A stretch of DNA of 64,000 bases from Thermodesulfobacteriota bacterium (GCA_963675595.2 CAXXLZ010000002.1:2464001-2528000); one strand, 5' to 3'; counted from the stretch's first letter, positions 38,666-50,297 are shown. Numbers and translations: made by a program. Notes: generated from the sequence alone by a model not told the origin.

Positions 38666-39751
38666 ATGAAGATGCGAATTACGATGCCGGTCTTGCTGGG
38701 TCTACTGCTGTGTTTTACGGCATCGGACGTGTTTGCCGACTTCTTGGGAAACATCGAGTTCTATCCCCGGTTCGTTTACGGCAGCCGGCATGACGAAATC
38801 TCACCGTTGAAGCGGTACGCTCAAGGGGCCTTCCTTTTCTCCCCTTCAAAGGAAGCGTTCGACCGGTACGACTCCGACTATTCTCTTTCAGGATCATCCA
38901 CCCAAGACAATTCCGGGCTTCTAAGCATTTCCACACCCGGAGGGACGTCCTTTTACGGACTCCGCAGTTTGAACTTGGGCCATTCCTTTACCGCCCACGA
39001 CAGCACCGTACCCTGGAATGCCCCCTCCTATTACCTGGGGGGCTCCGATTGGCTGTCGGCTCCCTCTCCGGGCATTAATTTCATGCTGAGATACGAATCG
39101 TTGGTGCTCGGCATCGGGGTCTCCCCCAATTGGGGCTATTCAAATTACGATGAGGGGCTGCGAATCGATTATCCACCGCAAGTTCGATTATTGGGCGGAC
39201 TTGAATTCCAACATTTCGGTCTGCAACCCAGTCTCACGCTCATGCAGTCCGAAATGCCGGACGGCTCCAGCAGTCTGCCGGCCCAGGACGGCTGGATGCT
39301 GGAAGTTCCTTTTTCGGTAAACATCGGCTCCTTCGGAGCCACGCTGTCCGCGCACTACGGGGTTAATTTAGGACATTTATACGACGGTTCTCGGACCACT
39401 TTGTATCCGGGCGCCGCCACCACGACACAGTCGTATCTTTCTTCCTCCGGCGATCCGGCGGACGTTCGGGGTTACGGAGGCTTTTTCGATCTCTCTTTGG
39501 GAAGTCGACCCGTGAAAGTCCAAGTGCTGGGGGGCATCCAATTTATGGAAACCGCCCAATGGAGGAATGAACATCCGGATCCTCGATGGGCGACCGTAGT
39601 CCGAATTCCGTACGCGGTGAACCAGTACTTCCTCCTCAGTCCGGAGGTGGGTTACTACGCCTTCGGGCGCGATGCCAATTCCGATTCTGAAACCGGAAAG
39701 GACAAGGAATCCGTCTGGTTGGGCGGTGTTCAACTCGAGTTCCGGTTCTGA
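38666..39751 (+). CDS. Putative outer-membrane beta-barrel/porin
   Basis: Signal peptide; amphipathic strands; C-terminal ...GGVQLEFRF. Confidence 0.7.
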   Translation: MKMRITMPVLLGLLLCFTASDVFADFLGNIEFYPRFVYGSRHDEISPLKRYAQGAFLFSPSKEAFDRYDSDYSLSGSSTQDNSGLLSISTPGGTSFYGLRSLNLGHSFTAHDSTVPWNAPSYYLGGSDWLSAPSPGINFMLRYESLVLGIGVSPNWGYSNYDEGLRIDYPPQVRLLGGLEFQHFGLQPSLTLMQSEMPDGSSSLPAQDGWMLEVPFSVNIGSFGATLSAHYGVNLGHLYDGSRTTLYPGAATTTQSYLSSSGDPADVRGYGGFFDLSLGSRPVKVQVLGGIQFMETAQWRNEHPDPRWATVVRIPYAVNQYFLLSPEVGYYAFGRDANSDSETGKDKESVWLGGVQLEFRF

Positions 39752-39886
39752 TTTCTCGAATCCCGGTGGGACGGATGACCGCCACCAAGCACCGGGTGGG
39801 GGACTCCCCCGTGTGGGCATAAGGGTTGTCGGAAAGGTCCTTTTGCGCAAACCCGTCTTTTTCTTCGAAGCCGCAGCGCCCCGCCC

Positions 39887-41131
39887 ATGAACGACGCTTC
39901 CCGACCGCGAGTCGTGGTGACCGGCTTGGGTACCATCAATGCCGCGGCCCAAAATACCGACGAATTTGTCGGTGCCCTCTCCAAAGGGATTTCCGGTATC
40001 GGTCCTGTTCGGCTCTTCGACTCATCCCAATACCGTTCCCGGATCGCAGCGGAAGTCACCCGAATTCCCACACTGAAATCGGCCTTCGAAGACTACTCCG
40101 GTAAACGAATGTCTCGGGCGGATCGCATGGCCTTCGCCGCCGCGCTCGAAGCGCTGCGGGACGCCAGCCTCGCGCCCCTTCCCCGCGAACTCGCCCGGGA
40201 TGCCGGAGTGTTTATAGGAGGCGGCGCGGGCGGCCTGCCGGAGGCGGAGCCGTTCTACCGAGACTACCTTCGGAACGGGGCACGCCATGCGGCCTTTTCC
40301 GTTCTCGCCCCACTCTATTGCGCCTCCACGGCGGATCACATTGCAACGAAACTCGGGCTCTTCGGTCCCAAACTGGCGTTCATGACGGCCTGCTCTTCCG
40401 GGGCCAACGCCGTAGCGTCTGCGGCGAACATTTTGCGAACCGGATCCGCCCGGATCATGATCGCAGGAGGCACCGAACCCCTTTCCCGCGTCACGTTTGC
40501 GACCTTCAACGCCCTCAAGGCGTTGGACACCCGCCCTTGCCGTCCTTTCGATCGTAATCGCGGGGGCTTGACCCTCGGGGAAGGGGCCGGAATACTGATT
40601 CTAGAGCAACTGGAACACGCGTTGGGTCGAGGCGCCAGGATCCACGCGGAATTTCTGGGATACGGCATCTCCTGCGACGGTTATCACATGACCGCCCCGG
40701 ATCCCGAAGGCAGCGGGGCCGCGGCGGCCATGTCCAGGGCTCTCGAAGATGCGTGGATTCGCCCCGACCAAGTGGAATACATTAATGCCCACGGCACCGG
40801 CACCCAGGCCAACGACCTCATGGAAACCCGAGCCGTCAAACGGGTTTTCGGGAAGCAAGCCTACGATATCCCCGTGAGCTCGACCAAAGGAGTAACGGGG
40901 CATACTTTGGGCGCGGCCGGGGCTCTGGAAGCGGTGGCTTCCGTTCTCTGCATCGCCCGCGAGATCATTCCTCCCACCTTGAACCATGAAGATCCGGACC
41001 CGGAATGCGATCTGGATTATGTACCGGAAAAGGCCCGCAAGGGACGACCCAATGTCGTCCTCTCCAATTCCTTCGCTTTCGGAGGCAACAACACTTCTCT
41101 GCTTTTCGGCAGGTACGAATCTCATGGGTGA
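39887..41131 (+). CDS. Beta-ketoacyl-ACP synthase (FabF-like, catalytic triad intact)
   Basis: TACSSG, HGTGT, GHTLG and SFAFGGNN motifs. Confidence 0.92.
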   Translation: MNDASRPRVVVTGLGTINAAAQNTDEFVGALSKGISGIGPVRLFDSSQYRSRIAAEVTRIPTLKSAFEDYSGKRMSRADRMAFAAALEALRDASLAPLPRELARDAGVFIGGGAGGLPEAEPFYRDYLRNGARHAAFSVLAPLYCASTADHIATKLGLFGPKLAFMTACSSGANAVASAANILRTGSARIMIAGGTEPLSRVTFATFNALKALDTRPCRPFDRNRGGLTLGEGAGILILEQLEHALGRGARIHAEFLGYGISCDGYHMTAPDPEGSGAAAAMSRALEDAWIRPDQVEYINAHGTGTQANDLMETRAVKRVFGKQAYDIPVSSTKGVTGHTLGAAGALEAVASVLCIAREIIPPTLNHEDPDPECDLDYVPEKARKGRPNVVLSNSFAFGGNNTSLLFGRYESHG

Positions 41132-42371
41132 GACGACACGTCGGAGGGTGGTGGTCACCGGTTTAGGGATTGTTTCTCCGCTGGGAATCAATAAAGAGCT
41201 CTTCTTCGAGGATCTTTGTGCGGGCAAATCGGGAATCCACGAAATTCGAAATCTTCACGTGGATGGAAGGTCCTGCCGACTTGCCGCGGAATTGACGGAT
41301 TTCAACCCGGCCGATCTTCTTTCGAGCCGCAACCTCAGAAAGATGGATCGTCTCTCACGAGCGGCTGTATGCGCCGCCCGCCTGGCCATGGAGGACGCCG
41401 GCCTTAGGCTGCACGCCGGCAACCGCGAACGTGCGGGCATGGTGTTGGGTACCGCATTCGGCAACACGGCGCTCACAGCGGAATTGGCCGAAACCCTATT
41501 CCGTGAGGGTCCGCGATACGTTAACCCCTTTCACGTGCCCAACACCGTTATGAACGCTCCCGCGGGTCACTCGGCCATAGAGCTGGGATTTCGGGGAGTC
41601 AACCTCACGGTGAACCACAAGGAAGTCTCAGGGGAAGCGGCCCTGGCCTTGGCCGCCGATGCCGTGGAGAGGTCGGAGGCGGACATCATGTTCGCAGGCG
41701 GCGCGGACATCCTGGGACCGTTTCTTCTGCTGTCTCTGAATCGTTTTCGAGCACTCTCCCCGGACGACAACGGCGAGGAGAAGGCTCGCCCTTTCGACGT
41801 CCGACGTAACGGATTCATCGCCGGAGAGGGGGCGGGGGTTCTGTGTCTGGAATCCCTCGAAAGCGCTTCGGATCGAGGCCGAACGCCTTTGGCGGAGATC
41901 GTGGGGCGTGGACTGGGCGCGAGCCCGTGCTCTCTAACGGGACAGCCTTCCGATCCGGCGGGGAGCACCCTTACCATGGAACGGGCGGTTCGGTTCGCGG
42001 GCATCGATCCCTCCATGGTGGACTACGTCTCGGCATCCGCCAACGGCGGCCGACATGGAGACCTCACCGAGGCGGCGGCTCTCCGGTTTTTTTTCGAGGG
42101 ACGGTCCCCGCTCATTTCCTCGTTGAAGGGCGCCCTGGGCGAGAGCTTCAGTTCCGGGGGGCTCCGCGCCGCGGCTCTGGTTCAATCTCTGAGGACCGGC
42201 CGGATCCCTCCTTGCACCGGTCTCTCCACGCCATTAAATTCCCTGGAATACGTGCTCCAACCGAAACACGCTCCCCATCTCGAATATGCTTTGCTCAACG
42301 GGAACGCTTCGGGCGGAACCCACGTTTCCATCGTATTCAGGCGTTGGACCGAAAAAAGCGACCGGGCCTGA
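41124..42371 (+). CDS. Ketosynthase-like protein lacking the catalytic residues (chain-length-factor-like)
   Basis: KS fold (VVVTGLG, MDR, GEGAG) but KEVSG replaces ACSSG, SANG replaces HGTG and GESF replaces GHxL; overlaps the KS stop. Confidence 0.85.
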   Translation: MGETTRRRVVVTGLGIVSPLGINKELFFEDLCAGKSGIHEIRNLHVDGRSCRLAAELTDFNPADLLSSRNLRKMDRLSRAAVCAARLAMEDAGLRLHAGNRERAGMVLGTAFGNTALTAELAETLFREGPRYVNPFHVPNTVMNAPAGHSAIELGFRGVNLTVNHKEVSGEAALALAADAVERSEADIMFAGGADILGPFLLLSLNRFRALSPDDNGEEKARPFDVRRNGFIAGEGAGVLCLESLESASDRGRTPLAEIVGRGLGASPCSLTGQPSDPAGSTLTMERAVRFAGIDPSMVDYVSASANGGRHGDLTEAAALRFFFEGRSPLISSLKGALGESFSSGGLRAAALVQSLRTGRIPPCTGLSTPLNSLEYVLQPKHAPHLEYALLNGNASGGTHVSIVFRRWTEKSDRA

Positions 42372-42408
42372 GACCCGATCGCTCGCATTTCCCGGTCTTT
42401 GGTCCCGC

Positions 42409-44484
42409 TTAGAACTCTTCCAACTCCTTGTCGTCCAACGGGATCAGCTGGCTCGGCGACACTTCCTTGGCCTGATGAGACCGCTCTTCTCTTCGCGCGG
42501 AAGCGCCGCCGCCCGGCCTACCGGTCGCAACCGGTTTTGGGACTGATTTTCCGGATTTCGGCCTTTTCTTCGACCCAGACTTACCACCAGACTTCCCACC
42601 TGAGGCGTGCAGAGTCGAGCTTCCCTCAACAATCATCACCAGGCGACGAATATAGTCTTTCAGGTTCTCCGACTGCGCACTCATTTCCTCGGAAGCTGCG
42701 GCCGTTTCTTCGGCGTTGGAGGCCACCTGTTGGACCACCTTGTCCATCTCGCCCACGGCCGTGGTCACTTGCTGAATCCCCTTGGCCTGTTCGTCCGAAG
42801 CACTCGCGATCTCCGAAATGAGTTCTCCGACTTTCGAAGAGCTGGCGGAGACTTCGGTGAAAGCCTCATTGGTTCGGCTGACCAGATCGGAACCGTCATG
42901 CACCTTCTTGACCGTGGTTTCGATCAGAGAAGCCGTGTTCTGCGCGGCTTCCGCAGCCCGCATGGCCAGATTTCGCACTTCATCGGCCACCACGGCGAAT
43001 CCCGCCCCGGCTTCTCCGGCTCTGGCGGCTTCCACCGCAGCGTTCAGTGCAAGGAGATTCGTTTGGAAAGCGATCTCATCAATCGTCTTGATGATTTTTG
43101 AAGTTTGCTCACTGGCCCTGGATATGTCATCCATGGAGCCGATCAACTGGGACATGGACTGGTTGGCCTGATCCACCACGCTGTTGGCCTGCCTCATCAG
43201 CCCGTTCGCCTCCCCGGCGTTCTGGGCGTTTTGACGCGTCATGGCGGACATCTCCTCCAGGGACGAGGAGGTCTCTTCAAGGGAAGCAGCCTGCTCCGCG
43301 GCTCCTTCCGCCAAATGTCCGCTGGATCCGGCCATTTCGGAGGAAGCGGATGAAACCTGATCGGCGGTTCCCGTCAGCGCTTCGATGATTCCCCGAATGG
43401 GTTTGGAAATGGAACGGCTCACCGCCCACAACACGAGAATCCCCAGGATCGTCGCAACCAAAGAGATCACGATCATCAGCCACATTCCCGACGTCACGTT
43501 GCTCATAAGCCGGTCGGCATTCTCGGCGACCTTCGTCATGGGAGCGAGTATGGTTACCCGCCAGGGAGTGGTGGTCCGGCCGACCAGCATGGGACAGGAA
43601 ACCACCAGAAGGCCTCCCTCGACTTTCACCTGACGCTCATCGGCACTCATTCCCTGCACGATATCGACAAAATCCTCGCCTTTAAGGTCACTCAAGAGCT
43701 TGCCTGCCAATTCCGGCCGATCCGTGGCGGCCGCCACGGTCCCGTTAAAACTCGTTAGAATCAGACGTCCCGTGCCTCCGAACAGACTTTTGGCATGATC
43801 CGCGATCTTCTGCAAAAAATCCAGCCGCAGGTCCGCACCCGTGATTCCGCAAAAAGTCCCTTGATAAACGACGGGAACCACCAACGAAGTGAGAAGAGTC
43901 GGTTTCCCTTGCACCGGATAGACGTAAGGATCAATGATGGCTTCCTTTTTGGTCTTCCTGGGAATGACGTAGTAGTCGCCCGCACCTTCCGTTTCATAAT
44001 CCACGAGAGGTTCCATAACGATGTTCCCCGCCGGGTCCCGGTTCCAATAGGGAATGAATCGACCCGTAGCGTCGTTGCCCTCCTCATTGGCGAATCCCAC
44101 ATCCGCACTGTCGAATGCGTTCGGCTCCCAAGCCGTGTAGACCCCGACGAACTGGGGATTGTAGGCCAAAACCGTCTTGAGGATGCCATTGACGTCCGCA
44201 CGGTCCAACTTGACTCCCACGGATTCGTCTTTGGACCCCACAAGCACCTGCATCAAGGTCCGAGCGACGTTCATGGCTCCGTCCAACTCCACCTGAATTT
44301 CGTTGACGTGCTGCACGGCCAAAGCCTCGGCATACGCTCTGGCTTCTTCGACGGCGGTGTTCCGGGCATTTTCGGCCTGAGACCTCATCTGGATCACGGC
44401 GAAAAGCACAATTACGGCAGCGGTCACCAAGAGGCAAATTCCGGCCCAGACAGTGATCTTCATTTGTAGACTTCGGATTCGCAT
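42409..44484 (-). CDS. Methyl-accepting chemotaxis protein with dCache sensor
   Basis: Two TMs; GRFIPYW, YY.P and DPY Cache motifs; [23 protein letters not shown]. Confidence 0.95.
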   Translation of the reverse strand: MRIRSLQMKITVWAGICLLVTAAVIVLFAVIQMRSQAENARNTAVEEARAYAEALAVQHVNEIQVELDGAMNVARTLMQVLVGSKDESVGVKLDRADVNGILKTVLAYNPQFVGVYTAWEPNAFDSADVGFANEEGNDATGRFIPYWNRDPAGNIVMEPLVDYETEGAGDYYVIPRKTKKEAIIDPYVYPVQGKPTLLTSLVVPVVYQGTFCGITGADLRLDFLQKIADHAKSLFGGTGRLILTSFNGTVAAATDRPELAGKLLSDLKGEDFVDIVQGMSADERQVKVEGGLLVVSCPMLVGRTTTPWRVTILAPMTKVAENADRLMSNVTSGMWLMIVISLVATILGILVLWAVSRSISKPIRGIIEALTGTADQVSSASSEMAGSSGHLAEGAAEQAASLEETSSSLEEMSAMTRQNAQNAGEANGLMRQANSVVDQANQSMSQLIGSMDDISRASEQTSKIIKTIDEIAFQTNLLALNAAVEAARAGEAGAGFAVVADEVRNLAMRAAEAAQNTASLIETTVKKVHDGSDLVSRTNEAFTEVSASSSKVGELISEIASASDEQAKGIQQVTTAVGEMDKVVQQVASNAEETAAASEEMSAQSENLKDYIRRLVMIVEGSSTLHASGGKSGGKSGSKKRPKSGKSVPKPVATGRPGGGASARREERSHQAKEVSPSQLIPLDDKELEEF

Positions 44485-45031
44485 AGATAACCCCCTCTTT
44501 GGTCGATATTACCCGCGTAGGCGATCGCTACTCGCCTCATCCTATTGAAGACTTACAGGAAAACCGCCATCCCTTCAAATGCTATCCGCAATCCTGCGCC
44601 TCAGAAGCTCTCGACGCCTTTGCCGAGAGCCTCACTTTTTCAACGGAAATCTTCCGGATGAAACCACAAACAGCGAAAATCCCGCACAAATCTTTCGAGC
44701 CGCGTTAAGTCCCACAAAAGAATTAGGATGTTCGTTGCGGGGTTTTGAGGTAAATGTGAAGATCGTTGTGACCGCCCAAAGAACCGCCCACCGGATGTCT
44801 AGGATGAGATTCAGGGAAAGCCCCAAAACACGGTAACCGAATCAACTATTCCAAATGAAACAATGATTCCGAGAGTGAGTCAAACAAAAAAGATACACGT
44901 GCCACAACAGAGTTTCAAACTTGTTACTACCATGGAATGCGAAATCTTCCGGCCGCAGACTACCGATGCCTCGGGTTTCTCCCATCCTCCACCGGACTCG
45001 CAGCCGCTTTCTGGTATGAGAGCTTCTCTCC

Positions 45032-45865
45032 TTACAATGGTTCATGAAACTTTTCGAAGTTTCTTCGCACTACCCGGTCTTTCAGGTCGCCCTCCAGAAA
45101 TCCTTCGATATACTCCACGTATTCCTCCACCATGTTGGGCAATCCGAAGGTCGCGTCGCTTCCAAAAAGTACGCGGTCGGAAAATTCTTCAATGAATTCT
45201 AGATACGCCTCCGGAGCTTGCTGCATGAATGGAAGCAAGGAAGAAAAGTCGGTGTAGACATTTTCAAACCGGTTAAGGAAGTCGGCCATCTTTTTCCTGG
45301 AACTTCCAAAATGGGGTATATTGAAGCGAATATTCGGATATGATTCCACCAAATCCTCCGTAAACGACCCATATCTCCTCAAATCAACATGAAAAAGCAT
45401 CGGAAGATTCAGCCGATCGCAACCGGCCGCCAGGTCCGCTATGAGTTGCTCCGAGTCGGAGAGCTTCCGCCCAAGGGCTCTCTCCCAGCCCTCAACACCG
45501 ATGAATTCATCCTCCTCCGGAATATAAAGCACTTTGACCGCTGCATAGCCTTTCCGGATATACCGATCCAGATCCGCCACATGCCTTGGCGTAAAAAATC
45601 GAGTATCCAGGTAGGAATACATTTTGAGAGGAGCCAGTCCCGACATCCAATCCAGGAGTTCTTCAGCGGGAGTCATGAGCTCGGGGGTCACGAGATGGTG
45701 GTAGGCTTGGGGCACCATCATCAGAATCCGATCACGGTCCTGAGGAATTTCCTCCAGCACGATGAATCCGCCTCCGAGAAAGCCCGGGAGGTTCAGGTAA
45801 GTGTGCTTCAAGGGCTCAAGTGGACCTTCGAAGAAAAAATGGACATGAGCGTCGTAAAATTGCAT
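45032..45865 (-). CDS. Amidohydrolase_2-family protein
   Basis: DAHVH, FHVD, PHFG, NVYTDFS and LFGSD motifs. Confidence 0.85.
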   Translation of the reverse strand: MQFYDAHVHFFFEGPLEPLKHTYLNLPGFLGGGFIVLEEIPQDRDRILMMVPQAYHHLVTPELMTPAEELLDWMSGLAPLKMYSYLDTRFFTPRHVADLDRYIRKGYAAVKVLYIPEEDEFIGVEGWERALGRKLSDSEQLIADLAAGCDRLNLPMLFHVDLRRYGSFTEDLVESYPNIRFNIPHFGSSRKKMADFLNRFENVYTDFSSLLPFMQQAPEAYLEFIEEFSDRVLFGSDATFGLPNMVEEYVEYIEGFLEGDLKDRVVRRNFEKFHEPL

Positions 45866-45908
45866 GAAATTCCTCCGATAAGTAGTATTTCACAGTGTGA
45901 GTGCACTG

Positions 45909-46973
45909 TTACAGCCCCGATGTACCGGAATCGTCGCGGATCCTCGAGCCGTTGGAGTAGCCGTTGGGCTCTTGATGAGTCCGGCTTCCCTGTTTCGGCC
46001 TTTCCGGGATTCCCGCCAGGGCGCAGCATTCATAGATGACACGAATTTCTTCGCCGGTTCTCTTCACTTCCTCGATGGTCCCTTCCGAAGGGAAAGCGAT
46101 GCCGTCCATACCGGCCCGGACGGCCAACAGCTCCGTACGATCCCCGTGAACGCCCAAAGGTCGTTCACATCCCAAAATCAGCGGAAGTCCGGGAAAGCGC
46201 CGTCGCGCTTCCCCGAAAAATTCCCCGACCTCCTCGGGGTCCACGGGCCGACAGGCTTGCAAATCGGTTCCTGGTGTGGGCCGGAACAACACCAGGACCA
46301 GGGACATCACGGACACCTCACGGATCATGGCCAGGGTGCGCCGTTCGCCGCGGATTTCTCCGCAGTGCAGGCCCACCACCACGTGAGGAGCAGTGGGCAC
46401 ACCGCGTTCCGAAAGAAGAGCCAAAGCCTGTTCGAAGTCTTCCGGCCGAGCATCCAATCTGAGTACCTTCCGGATGGTCTCCTCGTCTCCCACCACATCC
46501 ATCATGGCGCAGTCCACTCCGGCCTCGGCCAAGGCATCGGCGACACTCTCGCGCACCAGACCCGTATGAACCAGAACGCGCAGCCCAAGCTCCTCTCTGA
46601 GACGTTTCATGACTTGGGCGAAAGGTTCAAGAGGCACGGAACCGTCCGGTCCGGAACCGCCGCTTACCAAGATGCTTTCGGCACCCCTTTCCGCCAGTCG
46701 CCTGCCGTGACGCCACAGAGCCTCGGGGTCGGGCGTCGCCGGGATGTGTTTCAAGATCACTCCGCCACAGTGCGCGCAGTGCAAAGCGCACCATGACCCC
46801 GTAACGCTCACCATGGTCGAACCGCACCGGCCTCGATTACTTAATACGCCGGTTTCGTACCTTTTAAATCCGGGAAGACAGAAGATCATCGAAATAGTGC
46901 CGAAAGAATATCTTTTGACCGGCCCGAAAGGAAGTGCGGGGCCGGATAAGAGTTTGTCCCGGTGTCGTTTCAC
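45909..46973 (-). CDS. Radical SAM protein, LipS1-like (start uncertain)
   Basis: CALHCAHC motif; C-terminal LGCERP and ECC. Confidence 0.75.
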   Translation of the reverse strand: MKRHRDKLLSGPALPFGPVKRYSFGTISMIFCLPGFKRYETGVLSNRGRCGSTMVSVTGSWCALHCAHCGGVILKHIPATPDPEALWRHGRRLAERGAESILVSGGSGPDGSVPLEPFAQVMKRLREELGLRVLVHTGLVRESVADALAEAGVDCAMMDVVGDEETIRKVLRLDARPEDFEQALALLSERGVPTAPHVVVGLHCGEIRGERRTLAMIREVSVMSLVLVLFRPTPGTDLQACRPVDPEEVGEFFGEARRRFPGLPLILGCERPLGVHGDRTELLAVRAGMDGIAFPSEGTIEEVKRTGEEIRVIYECCALAGIPERPKQGSRTHQEPNGYSNGSRIRDDSGTSGL

Positions 46974-47081
46974 TGCGATGCGAAAGACTCAAGCCGAATC
47001 CCGGAGGATAGACGCCGCCTTACCTGATGCCAGACGAAATCTGTTTCCGGCCCATAGAAAAACACCGGCCGCCATAAGCTG

Positions 47082-50000
47082 TTAAGAGCTTCCGTTCCGG
47101 CCGGGACCCGGAGCCTTCGCTTTCGGATCCAAAGTCACGCGAACCTTGACCCAGAAGTCCATGACCAAGGAAAACAGTGCGGGAATCAGAAACAAGGTAA
47201 ACAAGGTGGAAACCGCCAGTCCACCCACCACCACGCTCCCCAATCCCCGATACAACTCCGACCCCGCCCCGGGAAAAAGCACCAATGGAAGCATGGCGAA
47301 CACGGAGGTGGCCGCACTCATGAAAATAGGTCGTATGCGCACCCGCACCGCTTCTCTGATGGCTTCCCGCGGGCCGACGTTTTCTTCGCGAATAAGGTTC
47401 AACGCCTGATACACGATAAGAATCGCATTGTTCACCACCACGCCCACCAGAATGACGAAACCCAACATCGTCAGTACGTTCAGGGCACTGTATTGAATGA
47501 GATGCGAAGTCAGGAAAAGCCCCAGAAAACCGCCGGCGGCCGCCAAAGGCACGCTGAACATGATCACCAGAGGAAAAAAGAAATTCTCAAAAAGAGCGCT
47601 CATTAACAGGAACGTAATGACCAGGGCCAGCAAAAAGTTCCACTGGAGTGCCTTTTGGGTACGAGTCAGGTCGTCGGCGGTGCCGGAAAGATCGATACCA
47701 TAGGGCCGTTGAATCTCGCCGGAAGTCTTCAAAGGCTCGATCACCTTTGTTCGGATCAAGTTCATTGCCTCCTGCAGAGGCAACTCGTCCGGGGGAGTAA
47801 CCTGTATGGTGATGGCTCGATTTCGTTCGATTCGGTTGATCTGGGTCGGTCCCTCCACCAGGGCGATGTCCGCCACAGTGCTCAGGGTCACCAGCTCCCC
47901 CCCCGGCGTGTTGATCAATAGATTCTCGAAATCCTGCGTCCGGCCGACGGTCGTGGGCAGCCCCATCAACGTCAGGTCCATCTTCTTTCCTTCGGGTCGC
48001 ACTTCGTCCACCTTCATGCCGTCCAACAGAGCATCCAAATTCATGCCGATCTCTTCGGCCGTCAACCCGACTCTGGCCGCTCGCCGACGGGCGGGGGTGA
48101 CCCGGATTTCCGGATTGCCCAAGTCCAAACTGGGCACTGGGCGCAGTTGGGCGCCCGGTATAAGCCGGCGGACCGACCCGAAAATTCCTCTGCCGATTTC
48201 CACCAGTCGCCGTAGGTCCGGCCCGGTGATATCCACGTCGATGCTTCGGCCTTGCCCTACTCCTCTGGCGAACAGGCTCGTCTGCAGCACCACGGAAATC
48301 ATCCCGGGGATGTGGGACAACGTCTTCTGCATTACGGGAATCAACTCCCGCGCCCTGGTCGGGTCCGCACTAGACGCTCCCATGAAAAGTCGTTTTTGCC
48401 AAGCGACGAAGAAGAAGTTTCGGATTCTGGGAATCGCTCCGGAATCTACCGCATCGGCCTTGCCGTCATCCGACTCGTCCGCGAAATATCGTCCCAAATC
48501 GCCGACAATGGTTTTCCCAACCTCTCGGAACTCATCGAGATTGTACCCCGGCGGTGGAACGATGATGCCCAGGATCAAATTTCGATTGCCTCCCGGGAGG
48601 TACTCCGTCGGCGGAGCCAAAACATAAGCCGTACCCAGGGAAAGCGAGGTCATGACGATCACCACGGCAAGCCTCAAAGCCGTGCTGCCGCAAACCCAAT
48701 AAACGAAATTGCTCAGCCGGTCCGTTATGGCGGCAGCCAAAGACCGGAGTCCGAACAACTCATGGAAAGCCCACGAAGCGGTTCTTTGTTTTTGAGTATC
48801 TTCGGTAACCACCCGCCGAATGAGTCGCGCGGACAACATGGGAATCACCGTGATGGACACCAGAAGGCTCAGAAAAACGGAGCAACTCACGGCGATGGAA
48901 ATATCGCGAAAGAGTTGGCCGGCCTCTTCTTCCACGAAAATCACCGGCAGGAACACGGCGATGGTGGTCAACGTGCTCGCCAACACGGCGCCCCAGACTT
49001 CGACCGTGCCCCGGTACGCGGCCTGGAATCGGCTTTGTCCCTCTTGGCGATGGCGGTAAATATTCTCCAACACCACGATGGAGTTATCCACCACCATGCC
49101 CGCGGCAAAAGCCATTCCCGCCAGGGAAATGACGTTCACGTTTCTTCCGAAGGCCACCATCATGATGAAGGTGCCCACAATGGAAATGGGAATGGCCGTG
49201 GCCACGATCAGGGTGGCAAAGAAGCTTCTGAGAAAAATCAGAAGGATCAGGACGGCCAGGGAGCCGCCCACCCAAAGGTTCTGTTCCACCAGCGCGATGG
49301 CACTGTCGATGTACTCCGTCTCGTCGTATACCTGCCGGAGTTCCAGACCCAGAACGGCCAATTCCCCTTGGTTGAGCTCCCTGACGGCGGCTTTCAGTCC
49401 CGCCATGACTTCGAGCACGTTGGTGCCGGATTGCCGAATGGCATTGATGGCTAGGGTCGGCTCTCCCCGTTGAAGCACCTCGGCTTGTGCTTTCTTGTAA
49501 CCGAACCGGGAATGAGCCACGTCTCCGATGATCACCGGGCTCCCGTCTTCATACTTCACCACGACGCGGTCGGCGTCTTCCGGTCGAAGGAATTCCCCTT
49601 CGGTTCTGGCTATGTATTTCCGCTTTCCCTCATCAAAATCACCCGCTGAGATGTTCTGGTTGGAAGCCTCCAGAGCTGACGCCATCTCTTCGATGGTCAG
49701 TCTGCGAGCCGCCACCGCTTTCTCGTCGAACACGACCTGCATTTCCCGTTCACGCCCGCCGTACACGTTGACCTTGGCCATGCCGGGCACCCGCTCGAGT
49801 CGCGCCTGGATCACGTCCTCCGCGAAATCCCTGAGGGTGTAGATGGGAGGAGCGTCCTCGCGGATGCGCTTGAGCACGATCCAGGCAATGGGAGGAGCGT
49901 TCTCCGCGGCGGAAACAATCACGGGTTTGTCCGCATCCCGGGGGTAGGACGGCACCTGGTCCAGCTTATTCGAAACCTTGATCAGGGCGGAATCGATATC

Positions 50001-50297
50001 CGTGCCCACGGAGAATTCGAGTGTCACCGTACCCGAAGAGTCCATGGATTCGCTGGTCATGCGAAGCAGACCTTCCACGTTTTTCAGGTACTCCTCCTGC
50101 TCATCCACGATCTCTCGCTCAATTTCTTGAGGAGAAGCACCTCTCCAGGTGGTGGTCACCGTGATCATGGGACGGGTGACGTCGGGAGTCAGCTGGACCG
50201 GGATTTGAACCAGGGAAATGATTCCGAAGAGGACCAGAAAGAACACCCCGACAATGACGGTAACGGGGTATTTAATGGCGGAGTCAACGAGTTTCAT
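47082..50297 (-). CDS. RND efflux permease (AcrB/AcrD/AcrF family)
   Basis: 12-TM pattern; GMVVDNSIVVLENI, VVVNNAIL and RIRPIFM motifs. Confidence 0.95.
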   Translation of the reverse strand: MKLVDSAIKYPVTVIVGVFFLVLFGIISLVQIPVQLTPDVTRPMITVTTTWRGASPQEIEREIVDEQEEYLKNVEGLLRMTSESMDSSGTVTLEFSVGTDIDSALIKVSNKLDQVPSYPRDADKPVIVSAAENAPPIAWIVLKRIREDAPPIYTLRDFAEDVIQARLERVPGMAKVNVYGGREREMQVVFDEKAVAARRLTIEEMASALEASNQNISAGDFDEGKRKYIARTEGEFLRPEDADRVVVKYEDGSPVIIGDVAHSRFGYKKAQAEVLQRGEPTLAINAIRQSGTNVLEVMAGLKAAVRELNQGELAVLGLELRQVYDETEYIDSAIALVEQNLWVGGSLAVLILLIFLRSFFATLIVATAIPISIVGTFIMMVAFGRNVNVISLAGMAFAAGMVVDNSIVVLENIYRHRQEGQSRFQAAYRGTVEVWGAVLASTLTTIAVFLPVIFVEEEAGQLFRDISIAVSCSVFLSLLVSITVIPMLSARLIRRVVTEDTQKQRTASWAFHELFGLRSLAAAITDRLSNFVYWVCGSTALRLAVVIVMTSLSLGTAYVLAPPTEYLPGGNRNLILGIIVPPPGYNLDEFREVGKTIVGDLGRYFADESDDGKADAVDSGAIPRIRNFFFVAWQKRLFMGASSADPTRARELIPVMQKTLSHIPGMISVVLQTSLFARGVGQGRSIDVDITGPDLRRLVEIGRGIFGSVRRLIPGAQLRPVPSLDLGNPEIRVTPARRRAARVGLTAEEIGMNLDALLDGMKVDEVRPEGKKMDLTLMGLPTTVGRTQDFENLLINTPGGELVTLSTVADIALVEGPTQINRIERNRAITIQVTPPDELPLQEAMNLIRTKVIEPLKTSGEIQRPYGIDLSGTADDLTRTQKALQWNFLLALVITFLLMSALFENFFFPLVIMFSVPLAAAGGFLGLFLTSHLIQYSALNVLTMLGFVILVGVVVNNAILIVYQALNLIREENVGPREAIREAVRVRIRPIFMSAATSVFAMLPLVLFPGAGSELYRGLGSVVVGGLAVSTLFTLFLIPALFSLVMDFWVKVRVTLDPKAKAPGPGRNGSS

